A stretch of 64,000 bases of DNA from Leptospira sp. (GTDB taxonomy: Bacteria; Spirochaetota; Leptospiria; Leptospirales; Leptospiraceae), in contig JAWXAQ010000030.1 of NCBI GenBank assembly GCA_034439575.1, positions 218,475-282,474 of the forward strand, given 5' to 3'. The position numbers and the translations under genes are program-made. Position 1 is the first letter of the stretch, and the number at the start of each line of letters is the position of its first letter. Under the pieces are notes generated by a model. It ran no database searches, was not told the origin of the DNA, and was given only the letters and a program-made list of their open reading frames with translations. Below, piece after piece: positions 52,105 to 61,870 of this stretch.

Positions 52105-55100
52105 TTATTGGTACGTCTGGATTTCCGATTGAGCTCGTTTTAAAAAATTGGCCAATGGCATCCTTTGTTGCGAAATCTTACTATCTTCTAAATTTACAAA
52201 TATAGAAAGTAAAGATCTTCTGAAATACACATCCGCATATACTAGGCCTTTTGATAAAGAAACATCTATCGTATTTACAGCATAACTATCAGCTATACGA
52301 TCTATTAGAAAGTTTTGCGGTGAGATGACATTCAATGCACTTTTGCCAAAATCACTTCCGATTTGAAAAATTGAGAAAAATAAATCCATATTGGCGATTG
52401 GTTCTGTTAAATCTCTTACAGAAATATTAAGATCGGCTTTTAATTTTCCATCTTCAATTTTATCTCTTACCTTTGGAGCCATGAGTTGCCTTAAATCGAT
52501 ATCTCTAATTTGAACATTTCCTCGAAATTCCATGGAAGCAGGGTCAGCCGAACCTACGTTAAATATCATATTTTTTCCAAGGACAATGCCATCTAACGAA
52601 TATGCTTTTAAATCTTCTATCGTCGCATAATTTTCACGATAATTGATTCGAGCCGACAAACCTGGAGCATTGCCTTGTTTTTTTACATATTCAAAGGCTA
52701 GATCATCAATACTTGGATGTGTACCAATAATTTGACTGATTTTTAAATTTGGTTCTCCAGTCCTACCATACGTTTTTATAAAAACTGATTTATCACCAAC
52801 AATCAGACTATCCTGTTTTTTCCAAGCAAGGCTATGATGAAATGGGATATTGGCTTCCAAATCCTCGATTAAAAACACCTTACAGTCGCTACCTGGACAT
52901 TTTTGATTGGTCTGAAAAAGATGAGAGTGATTTGAAATCAAATTTCCTGTGATATCAAAATCTTTTATGTCGGCATTCAAAGTCAAATCACCCAAAAATG
53001 AAATGCCTCTTAGTAAATATTTTTTTTCTGGGGATTTGATAGATAATTTTGAATTAATCAAACCAAAATATGGACCTAACGGAGCTTTGGCTACCCCTGC
53101 CCTCTCTTCTAATAATCCACTTATATTGATTGAAATAATTTTTTGAAATGCAGTCAGAGACAAATTATTAATTTTGATTTTACTATCTTTGCCTTTTAAA
53201 ATTTGCAAATCGGCAATCAGATTCAAATCTTTAATCTCTAAACCAGGAATAACCCCCGTTACATTGGCTTCGATTTTTTGTCCAGAGTCAGACAATGAAA
53301 TATGTGACTTTGCTTTGAGAGTCGGATCATTTCCTAGAGTACTTTGCAAGGGTGCAATTTTTTCTTTCAAAACGAGAGGGAGAGTTTGTAAGAGAGAAGG
53401 AATGTTTAGAGAAATATTTAAAGGATTTGTTTGGATCTCTGTGGAAGATCCGAGTCCGACAGAGCCAGTTAAATCAAGACCTAAGGCTTTTCCACCCGAA
53501 AGTGTTTTTTGCGAAAGGTTTAAACCTTCCAAGTTAATCTTTGTTAAACCAAAAGGTTTATTGAATAATAATCCTACATTGCCATTCAAAAATAACTTTG
53601 AAGAAGGAGAGCGAGAACGATCAAGTGCATAGCGAAAACCATCCACAATGATATCCAAATTTAAAGGCAAATAGGAAAAATCTGATGCAGCTACTTTGAC
53701 ACTTGCTTTTGCTTTCCCGCCAACTGCAGATGTAAATTCAGAAAAATTTAAATTTTCTATGAACAAATCTAAATTTAGATTTTCTTCGGCATCATAAAAA
53801 CCAACCAAGTTAACAACGATTTCATTATAGATTATATTTATTTTTTCAAAGACAAAAGACTTAAGAATAGGAATCGGATTCTTTGCCGTTTTTTCTTGTT
53901 TATTTCCAAAATCCAAATTAGCAGATAGTACTAAATCCAATAATCGTACAGAATGTTTTTTGGCATTTCCCATAACAAAAGAAAGGTTTTGGCCTGTGAT
54001 GCGAAGAAACATTAATGCCTCTTTCCAGGTTCCTTTGATTTTTGTATCCTGAAGAGATACATTCCCATTTACATTCATTTTTGGAAGTATGCCTTCCAAT
54101 TGACCTAAGAGTTGATTGACGGCTCCGAGTTTTATATTTGATTCTATAACGGAAATATCAATACTACGATTTTCGTTTTCAATATCTTTGATATTTCCTT
54201 TAAGGCTAAGCCATGTATCACCCATGATTCGAAGGGAGAATTTTTTAATATTTAATTCATCTTTGTCTGGTAAAAATTCAATGTGATGTGTTAAATTACA
54301 TCCTAAGAGTATAGGACGTTTTTTATATTCTAATTGGATCTGGTCTGTACCTATGTTAGATGAAGATAAAAATACTGGTGAGGAAGTATCGTTTTTCCAA
54401 TCAAATAACAAACTTAATGGTAGCGTTTGTTTCCAATTGAGATCTTTTGATTCGATTTCAATAGGAACTGACCTGTCAGGATTCAAAGCGATAAAAAGAC
54501 TATCAATTTGATCCAATATATCCGCGTTAAGCGGGAGTGAAGTAAATCGGTTTGAAACAAAATCGAATCTAAAGTTGAGATCATAGATATCAGCTATCAG
54601 TTTTTTTTCGGACTCTTTTAGGATACGAAAATGAAGTTGGCTAATATTTAAATGTGCTTCCGCCGCAAAAGGCAAATAGGTGCGTATCACTTCCAGAGGT
54701 TCAGAAATTTCTTCGGGTAGCTCTTGTTCAACTACCGAAGGTTTGGCGATACTTACATAATTCCATACATTATCTTTTTCATGCAAAAATATCGTCCCAG
54801 ACTCAATGGCAATTTCGCTGATCTTTAATTTTAAAATGATAAGTGAAAGAAGATTGTATCGTAGAGCTAATCGTTTCGCTTCGAACAGGGATTCGTTGGC
54901 AAATGGTGCTTTTGTTTTAAGTCGCACATCTTTGGCATCGAGACCGAAAAACAACGAAAAGGTTTTAACATTTATTTCTAATTCTGCATTTGTGAATTGA
55001 GAGACAAGTCTAGGGATTAGATAGTCGCCTGTAAAGGGATTGAAAATGGATTTATAGATTAAAAAAAAGACTAAGAAAAAACGAAACCAGGTTTTACTGG

Positions 55101-55137
55101 CGATGCTTCGGAGATTTTCCAAAAAAAAGGAAGCCAC
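52105..55137 (-). CDS. AsmA-like (YdbH-type) intermembrane bridge protein
   Basis: N-terminal membrane anchor, then a Chorein_N/AsmA-like segment (FGLDAKDVRL...LFEAKRLALRYNLLSL...ISEIAIE...WNY) and about 900 aa of amphipathic beta strands. Followed by a DUF1318 gene. Confidence 0.7.
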   Translation of the reverse strand: MASFFLENLRSIASKTWFRFFLVFFLIYKSIFNPFTGDYLIPRLVSQFTNAELEINVKTFSLFFGLDAKDVRLKTKAPFANESLFEAKRLALRYNLLSLIILKLKISEIAIESGTIFLHEKDNVWNYVSIAKPSVVEQELPEEISEPLEVIRTYLPFAAEAHLNISQLHFRILKESEKKLIADIYDLNFRFDFVSNRFTSLPLNADILDQIDSLFIALNPDRSVPIEIESKDLNWKQTLPLSLLFDWKNDTSSPVFLSSSNIGTDQIQLEYKKRPILLGCNLTHHIEFLPDKDELNIKKFSLRIMGDTWLSLKGNIKDIENENRSIDISVIESNIKLGAVNQLLGQLEGILPKMNVNGNVSLQDTKIKGTWKEALMFLRITGQNLSFVMGNAKKHSVRLLDLVLSANLDFGNKQEKTAKNPIPILKSFVFEKINIIYNEIVVNLVGFYDAEENLNLDLFIENLNFSEFTSAVGGKAKASVKVAASDFSYLPLNLDIIVDGFRYALDRSRSPSSKLFLNGNVGLLFNKPFGLTKINLEGLNLSQKTLSGGKALGLDLTGSVGLGSSTEIQTNPLNISLNIPSLLQTLPLVLKEKIAPLQSTLGNDPTLKAKSHISLSDSGQKIEANVTGVIPGLEIKDLNLIADLQILKGKDSKIKINNLSLTAFQKIISINISGLLEERAGVAKAPLGPYFGLINSKLSIKSPEKKYLLRGISFLGDLTLNADIKDFDITGNLISNHSHLFQTNQKCPGSDCKVFLIEDLEANIPFHHSLAWKKQDSLIVGDKSVFIKTYGRTGEPNLKISQIIGTHPSIDDLAFEYVKKQGNAPGLSARINYRENYATIEDLKAYSLDGIVLGKNMIFNVGSADPASMEFRGNVQIRDIDLRQLMAPKVRDKIEDGKLKADLNISVRDLTEPIANMDLFFSIFQIGSDFGKSALNVISPQNFLIDRIADSYAVNTIDVSLSKGLVYADVYFRRSLLSIFVNLEDSKISQQRMPLANFLKRAQSEIQTYQ

Positions 55138-55160
55138 ACCCGAAATCGCCCCAATAAAAT

Positions 55161-55502
55161 TTAATATTCGAAAGAGTCTTCCGCCTCTTCCAATGTTTTA
55201 TATATCTCAAAAACGCTAGATAACTTTGTGATTTCCATCAAATTTTCAATATCTGAATTTAAGTTAGCAAAGACAAGACGGCCATTCAAACCATCAATAT
55301 GTTTATAAATATTTAAAAACGTACCTAAGCCCGCTGAATTGATAAACGGAACTTTCTTAAGATCAATGATGAATTTAGGAACTTGGCCTTTTTTGATGTA
55401 CTGTTCGATTTTCTCGGACAATTCAAACTCATTTCCTGCTTTGATGGCACCCTCGATCTTAATGATGTGCACGTCGTTTTTACTAGTAACTTTGATTTTC
55501 AT
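55161..55502 (-). CDS. STAS domain protein (anti-sigma factor antagonist)
   Basis: IIDLKKVPFINSAGLG with the conserved Ser; LMEITKL. Confidence 0.93.
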   Translation of the reverse strand: MKIKVTSKNDVHIIKIEGAIKAGNEFELSEKIEQYIKKGQVPKFIIDLKKVPFINSAGLGTFLNIYKHIDGLNGRLVFANLNSDIENLMEITKLSSVFEIYKTLEEAEDSFEY

Positions 55503-55532
55503 AACCCTTCGGTAGGTGGTATAGGCAGTAAA

Positions 55533-55562
55533 ATTCTAGGAAAAAACGACTTTGTAAAGCAA
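55533..55562 (-). promoter_or_regulatory. Possible sigma70 promoter upstream of the STAS gene
   Basis: TTGCTT-N18-TAGAAT in the 65-bp gap. Confidence 0.35.
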
Positions 55563-55567
55563 ATTTT

Positions 55568-56386
55568 TTATGCACAGTGCAATAAATCTTTTTTATGCAT
55601 TTTCAATCGTCTTTTGGCATTGGATAGGTGCACTCTCACTTCCTTTCTGGACATTCCAAGGAGTCGAGCCACCTCTCGTTCTGAGAAAAAACTTTTGTTA
55701 ACTGCTTTTTCTCGCGCAAGAACCCATTCTTTTTTCTTTCTTAAATACCAGCTTCTTTTCTCATTCTGCGAGGCTTCCATTAGAAGTCTAGTATATCGCA
55801 ATATCCTGGAGGTACATAATTCTATTTTCTTATTTCCCTTCTCCTTCTTTTTGTCATAAATGTGCTCAAAATCAGCAAACTTTTGCCCTAAATGATTTAA
55901 GCTCCATTCCAATGCTTTTCTATGTTTACCTAATATAGGAAAATCAAATTTCAAACATACCACCAAACCTGTTTTGATGGGCATTGAGTCCAAGTGCAAT
56001 TCGACTTGGTCCGAAACCTTTGGATTCAATAGGTAACTCGCGTCAGGTTCAAATTTTGATTCCTGCCAAAGTTCCAAAAAATTTACCCTTTCATCAAATT
56101 CTATGACTTTACGATTTTGATTTCTAAATAAATTGAATGCATATGTTACAAAAAATCCGAGAACCACATTAATATCGTATTTTAAAGACATACGCCACAT
56201 AACATCAAATTTTTCAAGAATGGTAAGCACAAGTTCTGCTTTGTCATCTTCACTTAATCTTCGTTTGCGTTCAATTTTCATTCCCATCCATATTGGCAAA
56301 ATGGAAAGTAGTATGCATTTGTTATCTGTGATTCGTGCCGTATTTACAAGAGCTTTAATTTCTTCTTCGGTTTTTATTGGAAACAT
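55568..56386 (-). CDS. Atypical sigma70-family (ECF-like) protein
   Basis: C-terminal region-4 HTH SEREVARLLGMSRKEVRVHLSNAKRRL; weak region 2 (FFVTYAFNLFRN). Confidence 0.6.
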   Translation of the reverse strand: MFPIKTEEEIKALVNTARITDNKCILLSILPIWMGMKIERKRRLSEDDKAELVLTILEKFDVMWRMSLKYDINVVLGFFVTYAFNLFRNQNRKVIEFDERVNFLELWQESKFEPDASYLLNPKVSDQVELHLDSMPIKTGLVVCLKFDFPILGKHRKALEWSLNHLGQKFADFEHIYDKKKEKGNKKIELCTSRILRYTRLLMEASQNEKRSWYLRKKKEWVLAREKAVNKSFFSEREVARLLGMSRKEVRVHLSNAKRRLKMHKKDLLHCA

Positions 56387-56486
56387 AGAAATAGTATAAG
56401 CGAATCAATTTTGTTTTAAATTCCAATTATATTTGGCGAACTAAGTATTGGGAAGAAATACGAATTGAAACGGAAGTAAGGCGAAC

Positions 56487-57770
56487 TTATTTGGAAATTT
56501 CTTTTTTCCTTTTGATAACTACTAAGAATATAGCGAAAAGAATATGGATGAGATTGAACCAAACATAGGGCAAATAGGAAAGTGTTGAAACTCCGAGTGA
56601 GGTCGCCATAAAGGCACCACAACTATTCCAAGGCACAAGCGGAGAAGAAATCGTTCCCGAATCTTCGAGGCTACGAGAGACTTCCTTGGCGTCTAACTCG
56701 TATTCTGTTGCTAAATGTTTAAACGCACGCGCTGGTATGACAAGGGAAAGGTATTGATCGGCAGTTGTGAGATTTAATAAAAATGAAGAACCCATAGTGG
56801 CGAGTAGTACATCCGATTTTACTAATATCCATTTTTTAAATTTTTGTAATATCTCTTGGAGGTAACCCATTCCTTCCAATATCCCGCCGAACCAAACTGC
56901 TGATAGAATCAGTGCTTCTGTGGAAATAATGGCACTGACTCCACCCCCACTCAAAAAAACATCTAGGTTCTTATTACCAGTATCTGATATAAAACCAAAA
57001 ATCAAATTTTGAAGGATAACGAGTACAAACGGCAAACGAATATAGGTTAAAATTGAGGCGGATACGATACCGAGGCCCAGGGAAATTAAAGGATGCAAGC
57101 CAAACATCGAAGCTCCAAAAACTAAGGCCACAGGTAACAAATTCCAGAGGTCATAGACCAATTGGTTTGACTGCAGTATGGACAGGGAACCAAACTTTGG
57201 TTCTGTGAGTCCGGGCAATGTGTACACATTCCAAATATAATATAAAAACAAACAGACCAAAAAACTAGGGATTGTGGTTCGCATCATATGTTTTATGTGC
57301 ACAAAAAGTCCAACGCCAGCAAGGGAGGATGCCAGATTTGTCGTATCCGATAAAGGTGAAAGTTTATCCCCGAAGTAACAACCAGAAACAATCGCACCAG
57401 CAGAGACTTCCAATGGAAATCCAAACACTTGACCTACGCCCATCAAGGCAACACCAATTGTACCTGCTGTCGTCCATGAACTTCCAGATACAATCGCTGC
57501 CATACCAGAGACAATCGTAATCGCAGGGAGAAAAAATTCTTTGGATGTGAGTTTCATTCCTAAAAAAATAAGTGTACTAAGAACACCTGCACTTGCCCAG
57601 GCGGCAATGAGCATGCCCACAAAAAAAAGAATTAACATTGCTGGCAAAACAGATTGGAAATTTTTTTTAATCGAAAGGAATGTCGCAGATCTTACGTGAG
57701 GTCTGCCCATCCTTTGGATAAAAGAAAACAATCCTGCCAAAACTAATGCTAGTTGGTGTGAACCATCCAA
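56487..57770 (-). CDS. nhaC: Na+/H+ antiporter NhaC family (N-terminus probably extends to about 57854)
   Basis: GSSWTTAGTIG, GAIVSGCYFGDKLSPLSDTTNLAS, DQYLS, SRSLEDSGT, PWNSCG. Confidence 0.92.
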   Translation of the reverse strand: MDGSHQLALVLAGLFSFIQRMGRPHVRSATFLSIKKNFQSVLPAMLILFFVGMLIAAWASAGVLSTLIFLGMKLTSKEFFLPAITIVSGMAAIVSGSSWTTAGTIGVALMGVGQVFGFPLEVSAGAIVSGCYFGDKLSPLSDTTNLASSLAGVGLFVHIKHMMRTTIPSFLVCLFLYYIWNVYTLPGLTEPKFGSLSILQSNQLVYDLWNLLPVALVFGASMFGLHPLISLGLGIVSASILTYIRLPFVLVILQNLIFGFISDTGNKNLDVFLSGGGVSAIISTEALILSAVWFGGILEGMGYLQEILQKFKKWILVKSDVLLATMGSSFLLNLTTADQYLSLVIPARAFKHLATEYELDAKEVSRSLEDSGTISSPLVPWNSCGAFMATSLGVSTLSYLPYVWFNLIHILFAIFLVVIKRKKEISK

Positions 57771-57892
57771 GGGATCATTTTGAAAAAATAATTTTAATAC
57801 AAATATGAAAAAAATTAAATATAGTAAGGGTGAAAAACTAAGGATGACTTTTATTCTCTTTCTTATATAAAATTATTCTTTGGCATGCAAAT

Positions 57893-59149
57893 TTAGGAAA
57901 AAAATCGCATTTGTAAAAAGTAGATAGAAAATCCAAATAAAAATAAAATCCCAAACGATGATAACAAATTCATCATTGGCCCTGGTCTTTGATCATGTGG
58001 TATATCTTTTCCAAACAATATAAAATGGTGGATCACAGCCAAGATAGGAGCATTTAAAAAACTAACAGTTGTCGCAAAATCCACCAGACCCCGCATACTC
58101 GTAAGAAAGAATGCAAGTATAACAATTGCTCCGACGCCTACAACGAGTATCCACATCCAGTATAATTTTTCTGTATTTACATCTTTTAGTTTAGGGAACA
58201 CTCGTTTGGTGGAATTTGCCACGACGCGAGGATAAGCATCAAAACAAGTCAAGGTGGTAGAAAACATAGTAAAAAATGCCGCGATCAAAATGATAGGATA
58301 TGACCACGAACCAATGGCTGTGGTATAAAGATCAATCAGTTCACCAGCGAATGTTGCAGGAGCACTTGAGAATTCTTTGCCAGTATTGTACATCATATTG
58401 GAACCGAGTAACACAAAGAATACGGCAAGTATGGTAGTTCCCCAATAGCCAATTTTAAAATCCAACATAGCCCATTTCATCGGAGGCAATTCTCCGTTTT
58501 GTTCTTTTTTTGCCAAGGTCCAATCCGATTGCCAAACAGCCGCTTCGATTGGGATAGGCATCCATCCCATAAGTGCGATGAGAAAGGAAATGTCACGAGC
58601 ATCGGTGAGCGAAAAACTTTTACCAACTGATGTTGATCGTGGAACATTTGCAAAAAAAGAAAAGAATACTGCCAAAATCGTCGAAAGAGTAAGACCTATT
58701 ACGATCCATTTCATCAAATTGTCTAGTGCCGCAAATTTTCCAATAAATAACAAACCAAAACAAAATACTAAGATGATTGAACATAAAATCCAAGGTTCAA
58801 TTTGTACACCGAGCATAATACCAAATAAACCAGATGTAACCAGCGTTACTGTGGACACAACAATACACATAGTCCCCACAGAGATGATAAAAAATAACCA
58901 AATCGGCAATCGTCCTAAATTTTCATAGCCATCTAGTAGGGATTTACCAGTCACGATCGTATAACGAGTACCAATTTCAAAGAAGGGATATTTTATAATA
59001 TTGGCAAAAATGACAACGCCTAGTAATTCCAATCCGTAAACGGCACCGGCTCTTGTAGATTGAACCAGGTGGGACACACCCACAGCGGCACCAGCATACA
59101 TAAGACCTGGACCTAAGTATTTAAAAAATGAGAGTTTGGAAATCGACAT
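57893..59149 (-). CDS. NRAMP-like divalent metal transporter
   Basis: GPGLMYAGAAVGVSHLVQSTRAGA, KYPFFE, GWMPIP, MFSTTLTCFDAYPR; about 11 TM helices. Confidence 0.82.
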   Translation of the reverse strand: MSISKLSFFKYLGPGLMYAGAAVGVSHLVQSTRAGAVYGLELLGVVIFANIIKYPFFEIGTRYTIVTGKSLLDGYENLGRLPIWLFFIISVGTMCIVVSTVTLVTSGLFGIMLGVQIEPWILCSIILVFCFGLLFIGKFAALDNLMKWIVIGLTLSTILAVFFSFFANVPRSTSVGKSFSLTDARDISFLIALMGWMPIPIEAAVWQSDWTLAKKEQNGELPPMKWAMLDFKIGYWGTTILAVFFVLLGSNMMYNTGKEFSSAPATFAGELIDLYTTAIGSWSYPIILIAAFFTMFSTTLTCFDAYPRVVANSTKRVFPKLKDVNTEKLYWMWILVVGVGAIVILAFFLTSMRGLVDFATTVSFLNAPILAVIHHFILFGKDIPHDQRPGPMMNLLSSFGILFLFGFSIYFLQMRFFS

Positions 59150-59262
59150 GATTTTTCAGATAAAAAGGAAAGCGGTAAACTGGCAAATCATTTCACTTTC
59201 GATGGAAATGTAAATGGCCGAGTTGGAAAAGTAGGAAATGTTCACATAACATCAGTACAGGC

Positions 59263-59301
59263 GAAAGAGCTTAGTTCCAAAAGTATTTTCTGGAACCAAG
59301 C
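59263..59301 (-). terminator. Probable intrinsic terminator after the LipL36-like gene
   Basis: Minus-strand stem GCTTGGTTCCAGAA/TTTTGGAACTAAGC followed by TCTTTC. Confidence 0.55.
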
Positions 59302-59316
59302 ATAAACAGATTAAAT

Positions 59317-60258
59317 TTAAAACGACGAGTAACCGACTGGGCAGGCACCAATGGTTGTCGTCGCGGAAAAACCAGTTCCATAACCGCATTGGACAGGAGC
59401 AAGAGGGTTAGTTTTTAAGGTCGTTACGGCATCCACATCTGCTTGGTTGACTCCGAATGCAGTAGCCAGCCCCGAAGTGCTTGCGATAAAAGCTTTGAGT
59501 AATGTGTCTGACTCAACAACTTGTTTCGCACAAGCAGAAACAGAACTACTAAAGGCATATGCCAAATAATTGATGGAAGAAACGGCAGTGGCTTCTGTTA
59601 CACCATCTGGTTCTAAAGTGAGGATTTGTGCATCGGTAAAACCGTTTGTGGTTTTGAGGAGTGTCAAACTAGATCTTTTGGAAGTAAGACTTGTCACCAT
59701 ATCACTCGAGGCACTGGTAATCGGTAAATAGTCAGAGAGTGCTTTAACTGCCGTAATGCTAGCTTCATCTTTACAAATAAAAACACTGGACCACTTATTG
59801 CCTGATATACGGTAGCTATATGTCCCAACATTCGCACAACCCGTGTTCCCACTCATCAATGCATTTTGGGTAGTGGTGATCGTAGCTTCTGTCACTTGCG
59901 TTTTTGCCGCTACAAAGGCAGTGCCAAGACTTGTGCAAGAAGAGTGTCTATCATATACGGCTTTTATATTATCATAAAAAGTATCCACTGCCGCTTTTGC
60001 TGTCGCAGGGCTTGTCGTATAAAGTGCAGTATTCAGAGTAGCTGCATTGCATCCGCCTTTGGGAATTTTTGAGCCAGAAGCAGTAAATACTGTGCCAGCA
60101 GTGTTTTTTGTGATTTTAGCGCAATTGCCAGAGGTTTGGTCGAGTAAATAACCGAACAAAAGTGTGTTACTCGTATCATCTTCTTTTTCTTTATGACAGC
60201 TCGCAGTAAAAAGCAAAGCAAGTATCATCAGCACAGAGTATATATATTGATTTTTCAT
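59317..60258 (-). CDS. lipL36: LipL36-like outer-membrane lipoprotein
   Basis: Lipobox FTASC and acidic tether. DQTSGNC, PKGGC, CANVGT, CAK, CGYG and C-terminal CPVGYSSF align with the Cys motifs I recall for LipL36. Confidence 0.75.
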   Translation of the reverse strand: MKNQYIYSVLMILALLFTASCHKEKEDDTSNTLLFGYLLDQTSGNCAKITKNTAGTVFTASGSKIPKGGCNAATLNTALYTTSPATAKAAVDTFYDNIKAVYDRHSSCTSLGTAFVAAKTQVTEATITTTQNALMSGNTGCANVGTYSYRISGNKWSSVFICKDEASITAVKALSDYLPITSASSDMVTSLTSKRSSLTLLKTTNGFTDAQILTLEPDGVTEATAVSSINYLAYAFSSSVSACAKQVVESDTLLKAFIASTSGLATAFGVNQADVDAVTTLKTNPLAPVQCGYGTGFSATTTIGACPVGYSSF

Positions 60259-60383
60259 AAATGATTCCTTAAAAATTTTTATCCCTTTTAGATTAACATG
60301 TAAAACAATTCAGATCTTTATATAGAGAATAGTTTCGCGCTTCAACTATTTTCGCATTCTTAATATTCAAAAATCTCTACATC

Positions 60384-60413
60384 AAAAAAAAACCCCAAGG
60401 CGAACCTCGGGGT
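60384..60413 (-). terminator. Intrinsic terminator of the ompL1-lipoprotein transcript
   Basis: Minus strand ACCCCGAGG-TTCG-CCTTGGGGT followed by a T-run. Confidence 0.9.
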
Positions 60414-60443
60414 CTTTCAAAAACAAATTAAGAAATAAATTTC

Positions 60444-61856
60444 TTAGTTTGTATTTGGGAAGTCTGTAGAAGTTGTTCCCATTTCAGCAAAAATGGTAGC
60501 GTGTTTAGCAAGTTCTGCTTTGTAGAAAGCAGTATTTGCACTACCACATTCCGTGATGTTTGCTTGCGCTAATCCCAAGCCAGTTGCAAGAGTGCCTTGC
60601 AATCTACCTCGTTTAGTATATGTACTGCCATAAACGCAAAGAGATAATAAGCTAGTTGCACCACCATCTCCAGAAGTTCCTGTGATCACTGGCAATTTTC
60701 CACCACCAAGAGCCATAGAAATTGGCGACTTGCTACGGAAAGATGTGTTACATGCTTGGGCATCAGCTGCTACTGGACCTGCGTATACAGTTGTGTTTGG
60801 AGCAGAGTCAATGGACGTGCCACCAACTGTAGCTGCATATGCTGCTGCTGCTAAACCATTAGTTGATAGTGCGTATGCGACTTCAGCCGGAGGAGTCAAA
60901 GCCTTTCTAGTAGAATCAGGGGTATCAGGAGTTGTTCCTGCAAAAAGTCCTAATGAGTCACAGCTTGGTACTGGCACTACTGAAAGATTTTTTCCACCTT
61001 TGAAAGCATCAACTGTCGTAGATGTTGTGTCAGTTGGAAATGCTGTTCCAGCGTCTGCCATTGGCATTAAAATTCCAAAACCTAAACCTACGAGCGATCC
61101 AAATTTAGGATATGCTTTTTCTGCCAAAATAGTAGCAGTCGTTGCAATTCCAGTTGTTGATGTAGGTGTGCCATTCGTAGATGTGTTTGTAAAACTTCCA
61201 GTAGATAAAGAAATCGTCTGTGAGTCTGGAGCACCTCTAAAAATAGTTTTTGCTAGCGCTGAGTTATATGAATAACCAGGCTTTCTGCAATCCGTATTTG
61301 CTTGGATAGCTTCATAAATGGCAGTCGAATTCGTAATATCGATCGCTCTTGTTGCAGTCGTAACACCAGCAACACTACAAGAAGTTTTCGGGATACGAGC
61401 ACAAGCTAGGACACCCGTTCCAACGTGGTTCGCCCATGCATTACCAGTAGCTGTATCCAACGCTGTCTTTGTAGTCGCCAAACGTGCGTTTCTTTGAGTA
61501 GTTCCCCAAGAACTTGTATCTGAATAGAACGCATCATATTTTACGTTTTGTGGAACAAGTGCAAATGCTGTAGCATCTAAGCTTTTTCCAGTTGCAGCGT
61601 TATAATCTGCAAGAACGAAAGTAGCTCCAAGTCCAAAGCCTGCACAACCATTTATAGCACAATGCTGAATTTGACCATAGTATAGACCAGATGCATTGAT
61701 ACTAATTGCACAAGCACCGCTCGCAGCAGAGGATATCGCATTCGAAAGGATCAAAGCCATAACAGGCTCATCCTTGATTTTGTCGGGATGGCAAGCAGTG
61801 AGAGCTAGTGAGCTAACAAGTGCTATGCCAGTAAGTTTTAAAAAATTACGTTTCAT
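60444..61856 (-). CDS. Cys/Ala/Thr-rich lipoprotein, possible distant LipL36 paralogue
   Basis: Signal MKRNFLKLTGIALVSSLALTAC, SGAC near the N-terminus and CVYG near the C-terminus; SD AGGAG. Confidence 0.75.
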   Translation of the reverse strand: MKRNFLKLTGIALVSSLALTACHPDKIKDEPVMALILSNAISSAASGACAISINASGLYYGQIQHCAINGCAGFGLGATFVLADYNAATGKSLDATAFALVPQNVKYDAFYSDTSSWGTTQRNARLATTKTALDTATGNAWANHVGTGVLACARIPKTSCSVAGVTTATRAIDITNSTAIYEAIQANTDCRKPGYSYNSALAKTIFRGAPDSQTISLSTGSFTNTSTNGTPTSTTGIATTATILAEKAYPKFGSLVGLGFGILMPMADAGTAFPTDTTSTTVDAFKGGKNLSVVPVPSCDSLGLFAGTTPDTPDSTRKALTPPAEVAYALSTNGLAAAAYAATVGGTSIDSAPNTTVYAGPVAADAQACNTSFRSKSPISMALGGGKLPVITGTSGDGGATSLLSLCVYGSTYTKRGRLQGTLATGLGLAQANITECGSANTAFYKAELAKHATIFAEMGTTSTDFPNTN

Positions 61857-61870
61857 CTATATCTCCTAGA

